In this document: positions 1 through 8,582 of the stretch, piece by piece
How the letters are laid out: each line of letters starts with the position of its first letter
Numbering within the stretch: position 1 is the stretch's first letter
Assembly (NCBI GenBank): GCA_965221775.1
Contig: CBDCSU010000005.1
Span: 832,001 to 896,000, forward strand
Source of the DNA: Candidatus Latescibacterota bacterium
GTDB taxonomy: Bacteria > Latescibacterota > UBA2968 > UBA8231
Direction: 5' to 3'
Length of the DNA: 64,000 nt
Notes under the pieces: generated by a model
Told to the model about the DNA's origin: nothing
The model's input: only the letters and a program-made list of their open reading frames with translations
Databases searched by the model: none
Made by a program: the position numbers and the translations under genes

Positions 1-262
1 GGACCTGGTCGCCCGGGGAGAGGGTGTTGACCAGCGCCGCCTCCCAGGCGCCGGTGCCGGAGGAGGGGTAGACGGCGATGGGGCCGCCGCAGCCGAAGAC
101 CGGGCCGAGGCGCTCGAGGATCGACCGGGTCAGGCGCGCGAACCCGGGCCCCCGGTGGTCGATGAGGGGGCGCGCCATGGCGCGGGTGACCGCGTCGGGG
201 ATCGGCGTGGGCCCGGGGATGTGCAGGTGGTGGCGCCCGGGTCTCGGTGCTTCGTCGGTCAT
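1..262 (-). CDS. Class V PLP aminotransferase (serine/alanine--glyoxylate aminotransferase-like), 5' part; runs off the window edge
   Basis: Manual translation of the minus strand from ATG at 262: MTDEAPRPGRHHLHIPGPTPIPDAVTRAMARPLIDHRGPGF...VYPSSGTGAWEAALVNTLSPGDQV, with the typical IPGPT, DHRG and SSGTGAWEAALVNTLSPGD motifs. Confidence 0.85.
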   Translation of the reverse strand, partial: MTDEAPRPGRHHLHIPGPTPIPDAVTRAMARPLIDHRGPGFARLTRSILERLGPVFGCGGPIAVYPSSGTGAWEAALVNTLSPGDQV

Positions 263-352
263 GGAGGAACCGGGCGTTGACGAGGGCCGGGTCGCGGGCG
301 AGGAGATCCCGCATGGGGAACCGGGGCGGGCGGAGCCGCGGACGCGGCGCGG

Positions 353-787
353 TCAGGACTCCCGGCAGCCCCGGCCGAAGAGTCTGGCGTCCACCGAGAA
401 CCGCCCCGGGCCCGCGGCGATGAGCAGGATCGAGAGGCAGAGATAGACGGCGGCCAGCTCCCAGGAGCCCCCCCGGCCCACGAAGGGATCGCCGGTCAGG
501 ACGTGCATGCCCACGGCCACGGCCATGGTGCAGCCGATGCCCAAGGAGGCCAGGGGCGTCAGCAGGCCGATCATCCAGGCGATGCCGCCGCCGAACTCGG
601 AGAGGGCCGCCAGGCCCTGGAAGAGGCCGGGAGCGAAGGCGTCGGGGCCCATCCAGCCGAAGGGGTTCTGGATCTTCCCCCAGCCGTGGAAGACGAAGGC
701 CAGACCGGCCACGATCCGCATGACCAGCATGGCGGCGTCGGCCGGCGGGGGCAGGTGGGGCGCCTTGAGACAGGCCCGAAGGTTCAT
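353..787 (-). CDS. DoxX family membrane protein (copy 1)
   Basis: R-x-x-x-G...F-x-x-HGWGK, EFGGG and GPGRFSVD motifs, about 4 hydrophobic helices; start may be 787 or 793; SD-like AGAAAGGA upstream. Confidence 0.85.
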   Translation of the reverse strand: MNLRACLKAPHLPPPADAAMLVMRIVAGLAFVFHGWGKIQNPFGWMGPDAFAPGLFQGLAALSEFGGGIAWMIGLLTPLASLGIGCTMAVAVGMHVLTGDPFVGRGGSWELAAVYLCLSILLIAAGPGRFSVDARLFGRGCRES

Positions 788-1112
788 GAGCATCCTTTCT
801 CTGAGAGGAGACGCCGGCGGGAATCGCCGGTCGCCGACCCTTGCGGTGACGCTATTGGCGGTCTCGACGGACGACTTGGGGAATGCCCCCCGGCGGAGCA
901 GGCGCGCCAGTCCGCCAGGATCGGCGCGCCCTCAGGCATCGGGCGGGCCGGCGGGGTCGAGGCGGCCCTCAGAGAAACAGGGTTGAGGCTACGACGGCGC
1001 CGGGTGCTATCAGGATCGAGTAATCCACGGCGCACCCTCTGTCAAGCGTGCGTTGAGAGTTTCGGCGTCCCCGTCGCGGTCACGGTGACGGTCTCCGGTT
1101 CGCGCCCAAGGG

Positions 1113-3494
1113 TCAACGCGGTAAAGGTTCGTCAGCGTCAACATCCGTCGACGTCTGGGGAAGTCGAAGATCTTCCGTGACCGGGTGCATGGCGTTGGAT
1201 GCGGAAACTTGGAGAAGCCGATCGAAGTAAGCGATCCTGTTCGGCATCGTTTCCAGTACTGTCTGTTCGTAAAACGGAGAGATGCGAGCTGTTCGGTACC
1301 GAACAGCCAGATACGGCAGGAATGACTCGGCGATGTCTTCCCCTTCCGGCTGGTCGCGTGCGTAGTCGGAAATGAAGTTGCCGTCGGCCATCTGGGCGGC
1401 GCGCCAATCGACGGCGTCGACAATCCCCATCCAGTCCGGATCCAGGGAAGCGTGCGCGCTCTCGTGAACCAACAGCTCCTCCAAGTACGCCTTCCGAGTA
1501 CCTGACATCTTGCCTACGTGAATGAGGATACTCTTGCTTCCGCCTCCACACTGATAGTCGCCTTTATGTATCCAAACCGTTTCGACATTGGTTCGAAGAA
1601 CGTTCGGCAATTGGCCGATGGCTCGTCCGTACTCATTTGCCTCCTCCATCGCGGCGGATACACTGCCGAACTCTGGATTGACCTGAATCTCGGCAGCCAG
1701 GCCATCGTCGAATCGTGCATCGAACAGATAGGCATTGACCGTGATCCAGCCATCAACTCTCCTGTCGTACATCGAGCGTTCCCCTCGTCCGGCGGCCGTT
1801 ACATCCTGAAATGCAGTCGGGTCGGATGGGGTGATGATGTCCGGGTCAATCCAGACCGTGCCCGCAAATGGAGGCTCGGGCCGGCCTTGCTCGACGATCG
1901 CGCGGAGTCCGCCGGAGCAGTTGTTGCCGGCCCTCTCGCCGCGGACGTTGTCGACGCAGGCTCCGTAGTAGTAGGTGCCTTCGCTCGACGGGGCGGTGAG
2001 GCGGATCGACTCGGCACTGGTGCGGGAAGCGGCAAGAGCCCTCACCGGGTCGGTGCCGACTTCCGCATTGCGCGTGGAAATCGTCCGGTTCGACGAGCGG
2101 TACCAGCGCAAGGTCGTGGCCGCTGCCGCCCCGGTGCCCTGGTTGCGCACCGTGGCGCGGAGCGTGAAGGACTGCCCCGGCGTCAGGGTGCTGTCACTGA
2201 CCGCGACCGACTCCACGATCAGATCCGCCGGGCTGCCCATCACCTCGAAGGTGTAGGTCTGCAGGACCGAGCCGTCCGATCGCCGCCGCAGCTCCACCGT
2301 GGCCGGGCCCTCCGCGCACCCGGCCAAGTAGACGGACTGGCCGTCCCGGCGAGAGACGTCGTCGTCGGCTTCGGCCGGGCAGTAGTTGCTCCCGCTGCTG
2401 CGGGAGATCTCCAGCCTCGGCGTATCCGCCCCGGGGTTGACCACCACCGAAACCTGCTCGCGCGCCTCCACGGTGAACCGGTGCCAGGCCCCGTCGTCGG
2501 CAAACGTCACCGTCGCGGGGTCCGGGGACAGGGACGCGGCCGGACCCACGGCCTGGCCGATGCCGGCCGGCAGCGACGGATCGGAGGGATCGTTGAGCCA
2601 GGCGGCGATCAGCCAGGCGTCGGCCAGGTCGACCCGGCCGTCGGCGTTGACGTCGCCCAGCGAGATGACGCCGTTGTTGGGCATGACGATGCGGGAGTCC
2701 TGGCTGTACAGGGCCACCAGCAGGGCGTCGAAGAAGTCGACGCCGCCGGTGTTGTCCACGTCGCCGAGGATCCCGCCCGAGGAGGCCGCCTTGGCCGAGG
2801 AGGCGGGGCCCGGGGCTTCGAGCACCACCTCCACCGGGGCCAGGCCCGCCTCCACCCGCAAGGCCGGGTCCACGTAGGGAACCAGCCCCGGCCCCGAGAC
2901 GGTCAGCCCGTAGACCGGGGCCTCGCCGGCCTCCTCTCCCCCGGCGGCCCCGCTGGTCACGCCGGATGACCCGGCCCGGCCGCCCGCGATCCCCGCCTGC
3001 CCGTCGATCAGCAGCATGCGCCGGGTGATCTTCGCCCCCTCTCCGCTGAGGCGGTAGAGATAGACCCCGGCGCCCACCGCCTGACCCGCCGCGTCCGTGG
3101 CGTCCCACTCGGCGGTGTGAGCACCGGCTCCCCGCTCTCCGTCGACCAGGGTGGCGATGCGCTGACCCAGCAGGTTGAACACCTCCAGCCGCACGTGCAT
3201 CGACGCCGGCAGCTGGTACGGGATGATCGTCGACGGGTTGAACGGATTGGGGTAGTTCGACCCGAGTTCGAATCCTTGCGGCAGAGCCGCTCCACTCAAG
3301 GGCAGGGTGAAACGCCCCGACCGGTCCGTGGTCGCCGCCAGCGGGGCGGCGCGCAGATCGGTCAGGTCGAACAGGAGCACCTGCGCCCCGGCCGCGGGGT
3401 CGCCCGAGGACGACAGCACCCGGCCCTCGAGCCGGGAATCGGCGCCGGCGGGAAAGGCCAGAAGGCCGATGAGGCTGATTGTGAACACACTCAT
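1113..3494 (-). CDS. Secreted modular protein: signal peptide, carboxypeptidase-regulatory-like domain, FlgD/T9SS-like Ig domain, dockerin-like repeat, CARDB domain, C-terminal HExxH zincin-like domain
   Basis: Start MSVFTISLIGLLAFPAGA after GGGAGG; SNYPNPFNPST..GVYLYRL; GDVDNTGGVDFFD/GDVNADGRVDLAD; DLIVESVAVS..ATVRNQG..YYYGACVD; LVHESAHASLD. Confidence 0.75.
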   Translation of the reverse strand: MSVFTISLIGLLAFPAGADSRLEGRVLSSSGDPAAGAQVLLFDLTDLRAAPLAATTDRSGRFTLPLSGAALPQGFELGSNYPNPFNPSTIIPYQLPASMHVRLEVFNLLGQRIATLVDGERGAGAHTAEWDATDAAGQAVGAGVYLYRLSGEGAKITRRMLLIDGQAGIAGGRAGSSGVTSGAAGGEEAGEAPVYGLTVSGPGLVPYVDPALRVEAGLAPVEVVLEAPGPASSAKAASSGGILGDVDNTGGVDFFDALLVALYSQDSRIVMPNNGVISLGDVNADGRVDLADAWLIAAWLNDPSDPSLPAGIGQAVGPAASLSPDPATVTFADDGAWHRFTVEAREQVSVVVNPGADTPRLEISRSSGSNYCPAEADDDVSRRDGQSVYLAGCAEGPATVELRRRSDGSVLQTYTFEVMGSPADLIVESVAVSDSTLTPGQSFTLRATVRNQGTGAAAATTLRWYRSSNRTISTRNAEVGTDPVRALAASRTSAESIRLTAPSSEGTYYYGACVDNVRGERAGNNCSGGLRAIVEQGRPEPPFAGTVWIDPDIITPSDPTAFQDVTAAGRGERSMYDRRVDGWITVNAYLFDARFDDGLAAEIQVNPEFGSVSAAMEEANEYGRAIGQLPNVLRTNVETVWIHKGDYQCGGGSKSILIHVGKMSGTRKAYLEELLVHESAHASLDPDWMGIVDAVDWRAAQMADGNFISDYARDQPEGEDIAESFLPYLAVRYRTARISPFYEQTVLETMPNRIAYFDRLLQVSASNAMHPVTEDLRLPQTSTDVDADEPLPR

Positions 3495-3523
3495 GGCGGT
3501 CCCTCCCGGTCGGGTGTCACGAA

Positions 3524-3913
3524 TCAACGCAGCAGGGTGAGCTTGCGCGTCTGCACGGCGTCGGCCGTCACCAGCCGGTACACGTAGACGCCGCTGGCCA
3601 GCGGCCGCCCCCGGTCGTCCCGGCCATCCCGCAGGTGCAGTCCCGCCTTCTCCGGCCCCTGGTGCAGCACCGCCACCCGCTGGCCCGTCAGGGCGAACAC
3701 CTCCAGGCGCGCCGGACCCGCCTGCAGCTGGAACCAGGAGATGACGGTGCCGCTGTTGAACGGGTTGGGGTGGTTCTGCTGCAGCTGCGGGCCGTCGGAC
3801 AGCCCGAGCCGGTCCCGGGCCAGGGCCAGCAGCTTCAAAGTTCCCGGGTGTGGCACAACAAGCTCCATATCCCACAGCAGGGCGGTGCCATCCCACGACG
3901 CGGAAGCGAGCAC
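3524..3913 (-). pseudogene. Probable 3' remnant of a WD40-repeat + FlgD/T9SS-like domain protein
   Basis: One WD40 tail (ASASWDGTALLWD) followed by QNHPNPFNS..ASGVYVYRL..TRKLTLLR; no signal peptide or convincing start. Confidence 0.55.
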
Positions 3914-4029
3914 CGTACCATCCGTAGTGGTCCGTGTCCATGGCGGTGGGACGCGTGAGGCGGGCCTTGCCCGGGGCGAAGGAGCCGTCCGGCGCCGGCC
4001 GGGGAACTCCGTTGCGTGACATGTGGACT

Positions 4030-4068
4030 CCGGCGCGGGCGCGGGAACTCTCGCCGCGCCCGCTCCGG
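4030..4068 (-). terminator. GC-rich hairpin just downstream of DoxX copy 2
   Basis: gcgggcgcgg (4035-4044) pairs with ccgcgcccgc (4054-4063), extended by ccgg/ccgg; no clear U-tract. Confidence 0.4.
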
Positions 4069-4070
4069 TT

Positions 4071-4505
4071 TCAGACCTCCCGGCAGCCTCGCCCGAAGAG
4101 GTTGGCGTCTACGGAGAACCGTCCCGGGCCGCAGGCGACGAACAGGATCGACAGGCAGAGGTAGATGGCGGCCAGCTCGTAGGAGCCTCCCCGGCCCACG
4201 AAGGGATCACCGGTAAGGACGTGCATGCCCACGGCCACGGCCATGGTGCAGCCGATGCCCAGGGAGGCCAGAGGCGTCAGCAGGCCGATCATCCAGGCGA
4301 TGCCGCCGCCGAACTCCGAGACGGCCGCCAGGCCCTGGAAGAGGCCGGGGGCGAAGGCGTCGGGGCCCATCCACCCGAAGGGGTTCTGGATCTTCCCCCA
4401 GCCGTGGAAGACGAAGGCGAGACCGGCCACCAGGCGGATCAGCAGCAGGGCGCCGTCGGCCGGCGCCGGCAGGTGCGGCGCCTTGAGACATGCTCGGAGA
4501 TTCAT
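4071..4505 (-). CDS. DoxX family membrane protein (copy 2)
   Basis: MNLRACLKAPHLPAPADGALLLIRLVAGLAFVFHGWGK...GRGCREV; same 435-nt length and near-identical to 353..787. Confidence 0.85.
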   Translation of the reverse strand: MNLRACLKAPHLPAPADGALLLIRLVAGLAFVFHGWGKIQNPFGWMGPDAFAPGLFQGLAAVSEFGGGIAWMIGLLTPLASLGIGCTMAVAVGMHVLTGDPFVGRGGSYELAAIYLCLSILFVACGPGRFSVDANLFGRGCREV

Positions 4506-4546
4506 GGAAGGGTCCTTTCTCTGGAGTAGACAGTAGACGCCGAAGC

Positions 4547-4575
4547 GATATAGCGGTTCTGCATGGCCGGTGCAA
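4547..4575 (-). promoter_or_regulatory. Candidate sigma70 promoter for DoxX copy 2
   Basis: Minus strand TTGCAC-17nt-TATATC in the short intergenic region. Confidence 0.3.
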
Positions 4576-4606
4576 CGCCCACGACTGCACCGGGAGCACA
4601 GGCTCA

Positions 4607-6556
4607 TCAATACAGCAGCTGCGTCACCGACTTCGAGATCAGCGCCACCGCCACCGCCGACATGCCCACCAGGCCCATGCCGCAGGCGTAGCCGGCCAGC
4701 AGCACCGGCGCGTAACGCCGCCACTTCGCCGTGCCGAAGCGCTTCTCCAGCCAGTAGCGGGCGAGGAGGGCGCCCACCATCTCCGGGATCAGCAGGTGGG
4801 GCAGGCCCGGCAGGCCGCGCACGAAGCCGTAGATCAGGGCCACGGGCAGGCGCAGCAGCGACAGCAGGCCGAAGGTCCCGCCGGCGAAGGCGAAGCCGCC
4901 GGCGATCCACTCCGCCTTGATCGCCTCGGCGAAGAGGGAGTCGCCGCCGAGGGTGGCGGAGTACCACAGGCACTGGCGCAGGGCGATGAGGTGCCACCAG
5001 GTCTGGGCGTACTGGAAGGCGGGCGAGGGGATCGGCCCCATGCGCCAGATGAGCGACCAGAACAGGAAGCCGCAGACCAGGCTCAGAGGCAGCAGCAGCA
5101 GCTCCGCCTTGAGGATGGAGGTGAAGCGCGTACCCGTCAGCTCCACCTCGCGGAAGAGCTGGGCGCGGCGGCCGTGGTCGGCGTAGGGGATCGGCGTGAA
5201 CCAGATGTCGACCCCCCGGTAGCCGCTGAGGATGAAGGCGCCCTCGCGGATCATGGGGAAGCTGATCGGCTGCCCCGTGAGGCCGGCCATGCGCGCGTTG
5301 ACGTAGGAGATGGCCGGGGTCAGCACGAAGCCGAAGAGCAGCAGGAAGGCGAGGGGGAACTCGTCGTCCTCGAGCAGCAGCAGGCACAGGCCGATCATGG
5401 CCAGGGTCGACAGGACATAGCCGCCGGCGGCCAGCCAGATGGGGAAGTCGCCCCGGCCCGGCGGCGCCTGGCCCAGTCGGCCCCGCTCCCCCGTCCCTCG
5501 CGACCGCCTCAGGGTGACGATGACGTGGCCGACGCCGATGAGGCCGACGGCGACGCCGGCGCCGATGTAGACGCTCATCCACACGTCGACATCGTTGGAG
5601 AAGTTGGTCAGGATCGTGTCCATGCCCGGGCGCCAGTGGGGCAGGGCCCCGAGGTGGTAGAGGACGGGGCTGCCGAGGGAGTGGACCATGGCGGCGGCGA
5701 AGGAGCCGACGACGATCCAGAAGGGCAGCACCGTGCCCACCAGCACCAGGCCCAGGTCGGTGGCCAGGCCGAGGGGCGCCGCCGGCAGGAAGGACTCGGT
5801 GGTGCGGGTCAGGTCGATCCAGGGGATCGGCAGGAGGGCGATGGGGTCGCTGGCGATGAGCCCCGTCAGCGCCGGCAGCCCGAGGTAGACGGCGCCGAAG
5901 AGGAGGCCGATGCCCATGCCCACGGAGAACACGCGCCAGCGCCAGCCGCCGCGGCCGTCGTCGCCCTCGGCCAGGGCCGTGGCCCCCTGGGCGGCGACCG
6001 GAGCCAGGGGGAAGGGCAGGCGCTCCACGTCGGAGGTGACGCGGAAGAGGATGTAGCCGAGGGTGAACCACTCAACGCGGGAGAGCACCAGCGAGGCGGC
6101 GAGCACCGCCATCGGCGGGATCCAGGCGCGGTGCAGGAAGGTGCGCCCGGTGAGCGCCTCCGAGCCCGGCGGCGGCGACACCCAGGCGGGCATCTGCTCG
6201 GCGATGCCGAAGCCGGCGGCGGCCTGGGACTGCACCAGGTACTGGTGCCAGATCAGCTGCCCGAAGGGTCCGCCGGCGAGCATGGCTCCGCCCACGGCGC
6301 CGGCCAGCCCTCCGGCGATGTAGTAGATGAGGTAGATCTCCTGGCGCGTCAGGGGCGCGAAGGAGCGGCGCGCCAGCTCCGAGAACAGGATGATCGTCAC
6401 CCACTCGGCGGCGGCGCCCATGGTGACGCCGGCGATGAGGCCCATGTAGATCGCCCCCGGCATCATGATGAAGCCGACGAAGAAGGCGCCGGCCACGGTG
6501 CGCAGGGTGAAGCCCTCGGCGTAGCGCTCGGGCGGCTGCATGGCGGGCTCGGCCAT
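4607..6556 (-). CDS. OPT-superfamily-like polytopic membrane protein ('peptide transporter')
   Basis: MAEPAMQPPERYAEGFTLRTVAGAFFVGFIMMPGAIYMGL..ERLPFPLAPV; about 650 aa, many TM helices; start overlaps the upstream stop. Confidence 0.7.
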   Translation of the reverse strand: MAEPAMQPPERYAEGFTLRTVAGAFFVGFIMMPGAIYMGLIAGVTMGAAAEWVTIILFSELARRSFAPLTRQEIYLIYYIAGGLAGAVGGAMLAGGPFGQLIWHQYLVQSQAAAGFGIAEQMPAWVSPPPGSEALTGRTFLHRAWIPPMAVLAASLVLSRVEWFTLGYILFRVTSDVERLPFPLAPVAAQGATALAEGDDGRGGWRWRVFSVGMGIGLLFGAVYLGLPALTGLIASDPIALLPIPWIDLTRTTESFLPAAPLGLATDLGLVLVGTVLPFWIVVGSFAAAMVHSLGSPVLYHLGALPHWRPGMDTILTNFSNDVDVWMSVYIGAGVAVGLIGVGHVIVTLRRSRGTGERGRLGQAPPGRGDFPIWLAAGGYVLSTLAMIGLCLLLLEDDEFPLAFLLLFGFVLTPAISYVNARMAGLTGQPISFPMIREGAFILSGYRGVDIWFTPIPYADHGRRAQLFREVELTGTRFTSILKAELLLLPLSLVCGFLFWSLIWRMGPIPSPAFQYAQTWWHLIALRQCLWYSATLGGDSLFAEAIKAEWIAGGFAFAGGTFGLLSLLRLPVALIYGFVRGLPGLPHLLIPEMVGALLARYWLEKRFGTAKWRRYAPVLLAGYACGMGLVGMSAVAVALISKSVTQLLY

Positions 6557-8451
6557 CAGATGCGGTACCCCTCCCCCATTTCGCCCTGCCACAGGGCCAC
6601 CGCCGCCCACAGCAGGCGCATGCAGACCTCGCCGAAGATCATGCCGAGAAAGAAGGGCAGGACCCGCCGGTAGGTGCGCGCCCCTCCGTAGCGCACGGCC
6701 AGCCACTTGCACAGCCAGCCGCACAGCACGGACCCCCAGACGAGCCAGCCGAAGCCGGTGCCGAAGACGAAGCCCATGGGGTGCAGGGGCCAGCGCAGGA
6801 AGTGCTGGCGCATGAGCGCCAGGAACCCGGTGAAGGCGGCGCCGCCGGCGTGGAAGGCCAGCCGCACCCAGTCGGTGGGGCCGGTGACGTTGCCGGCGTC
6901 CTTGAAGAGGTAGTTGTAGTAGCGGCCGATGCGGGCCTCGGCGCGGGCCCCGCCCTGCTCCTGCAGGGCGAAGAGGCCGTGCTCGTAGATCGTCTCCAGG
7001 GCGAAGAGGTAGCCGGCCCCCAGCCCGGCCAGCAGCCCCAGGCCCATGCCCCAGGCCAGGCGCCGCACCGACGCGCCGCTGGTCTCGGCCAGCTTCAGTC
7101 CCTCCAGCTGCAGCGCCGGCCACAGGCCGATCATGGTGAAGCCGAAGACGGCGAGGAAGGCGAAGCCCACGTAGGTGGAGTCGGCGAAGCGCCCGGCGCC
7201 GGTGCCGGCGGCGACGAAGAACAGGTAGCCGGCGAGCATGGGGGTGCCGGTCACCGGCAGGCCGCCGTCGGCGCGCAGGCGCGCGAAGGCGAGGCAGACG
7301 AGCAGGATCAGCGCCAGCGCCGCCGCGCCCATGAGCGCCGGCACGCCCAGGGCCGTGGTCCACGCCCACAGGAAGGCGAAGCCCGCCGCCAGTCCCCAAG
7401 TCGCCCGGCTGCGCCAGGAGAGGGCCGCCGCCAGGGAGCGGCGCGCCGCCCACAGGCTCATGAGCCCCAGCAGCAGCAGCCCGCCGCGGGCCTGGTTCAT
7501 GAAGAAGGGGAAGTGCCCCGGCCAGTCGAGCCACGGCGACCCGTGGCCGGGGATGAAGTCGCCCCGGTACTCCGAGCGGCCGAGGAAGTGGCCCACCAGC
7601 AGTTGCACCCGGGTCAGCAGGTAGAAGACCCAGGTGCTGAAGGAGACCTCCACCGGCATGAGGAAGGCCACCCCCACCAGCAGCGGGTCGAAGTCAAACC
7701 AGAAGGGCGACTCGAAGGTAGCCATCGCCTTCCAGGGATCGTCGAGGAGGAAGTTGGCCAGGTTAAGTCCCGTGGGGATCTCGGGCACGTCGGGTGCGTA
7801 GTGGTGCAGCCCGTTGACGCCGAGGAGCACCACCGGCACCAGCGCCCCCCACCAGAACGGGCGCCGGCGGAAGAGGCCGCCCTCGATCAGCGCCCGGGGC
7901 ATCTCCAGCAGCGGGAAGCCGAGGCGCTCGGTCTCCAGCCAGCGGCGGCGCAGCAGCCAGACGAGGCAGAAGCAGGTGAGGAAGAAGGCGCCGAAGAACG
8001 CGGTCCAGGCCGCCAGCGGCAGCAGCCACGCCCCCCAGGGCACCGCCGCCCCGCCCTCGAAGGCGCCCACCGCCGCAGGCTCGTTCGGCCCGCCGGGCAC
8101 CAGCCAGCCGGGCACCACCCGCAGGAAGCGGTGATACGGGCCGTCCGGCCGCGCGAAGCCGCCGTAGAAGCCGGTCACCAGGGCCGGCAGGAAGCGGTGC
8201 ATCATCCCCGAGGCGGTGACCGACGCGCCCACGGCGAGACCTGCGTAGAGCACGGCCCGGTCGCCGGGGCCGAGGAGCCGCCGGAAGAGGGCCGCCGCCG
8301 CCAGCGCCGCCAGCGGCACGGCGAGGAAGACCTGGCCGCCGGGCTGGCTCCCCGCCCCGGCCAGGTGGGGTCCGTTGAAGACCAGCTCGACCCGCTGAGC
8401 CAGCCAGGCCGCCCCGGCCGTGGGGCCGACGATGAGCAGGGCCAGCCTCAC
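6556..8451 (-). CDS. DUF6785/DUF6784-like polytopic membrane protein
   Basis: GTG start overlapping a TGA; PWGAWLLPLAAW, RRRWLETERLGFPL, WPLHPMG and RYGG..Y..PFFLGMIFG motifs typical of this family; about 630 aa. Confidence 0.7.
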   Translation of the reverse strand: MRLALLIVGPTAGAAWLAQRVELVFNGPHLAGAGSQPGGQVFLAVPLAALAAAALFRRLLGPGDRAVLYAGLAVGASVTASGMMHRFLPALVTGFYGGFARPDGPYHRFLRVVPGWLVPGGPNEPAAVGAFEGGAAVPWGAWLLPLAAWTAFFGAFFLTCFCLVWLLRRRWLETERLGFPLLEMPRALIEGGLFRRRPFWWGALVPVVLLGVNGLHHYAPDVPEIPTGLNLANFLLDDPWKAMATFESPFWFDFDPLLVGVAFLMPVEVSFSTWVFYLLTRVQLLVGHFLGRSEYRGDFIPGHGSPWLDWPGHFPFFMNQARGGLLLLGLMSLWAARRSLAAALSWRSRATWGLAAGFAFLWAWTTALGVPALMGAAALALILLVCLAFARLRADGGLPVTGTPMLAGYLFFVAAGTGAGRFADSTYVGFAFLAVFGFTMIGLWPALQLEGLKLAETSGASVRRLAWGMGLGLLAGLGAGYLFALETIYEHGLFALQEQGGARAEARIGRYYNYLFKDAGNVTGPTDWVRLAFHAGGAAFTGFLALMRQHFLRWPLHPMGFVFGTGFGWLVWGSVLCGWLCKWLAVRYGGARTYRRVLPFFLGMIFGEVCMRLLWAAVALWQGEMGEGYRI

Positions 8452-8582
8452 GCCGGCGCCGCTTCCGGCCCAGCCAGGCAGGGACCGCCGGCGACCAGCT
8501 CGACGCGCTGAGCCAGCCAGGCCGCCCCGGCGGTGAGGCCGACGATGAACAAGGCCAGCCTCACGCCGGCGCCGCCTCCGGC
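8380..8582. repeat. Imperfect tandem direct repeat (about 90 bp, period 113 bp) of a gene junction
   Basis: 8380-8469 gaccagctcgacccgctgagccagccaggccgccccggccgtggggccgacgatgagcagggccagcctcacgccggcgccgcttccggc vs 8493-8582 gaccagctcgacgcgctgagccagccaggccgccccggcggtgaggccgacgatgaacaaggccagcctcacgccggcgccgcctccggc. Confidence 0.9.
8448..8564 (-). CDS. 38-aa bridging mini-ORF created by the junction duplication
   Basis: GTG-RLALFIVGLTAGAAWLAQRVELVAGGPCLAGPEAAPA-TGA; GTGA overlaps with both flanking genes. Confidence 0.4.
   Translation of the reverse strand: MRLALFIVGLTAGAAWLAQRVELVAGGPCLAGPEAAPA

Noticed and set aside
1113-4022. 969-aa ORF start at 4022
   Set aside because: The upstream extension overlaps the 3524..3913 remnant in another frame; SD and signal peptide place the start at 3494
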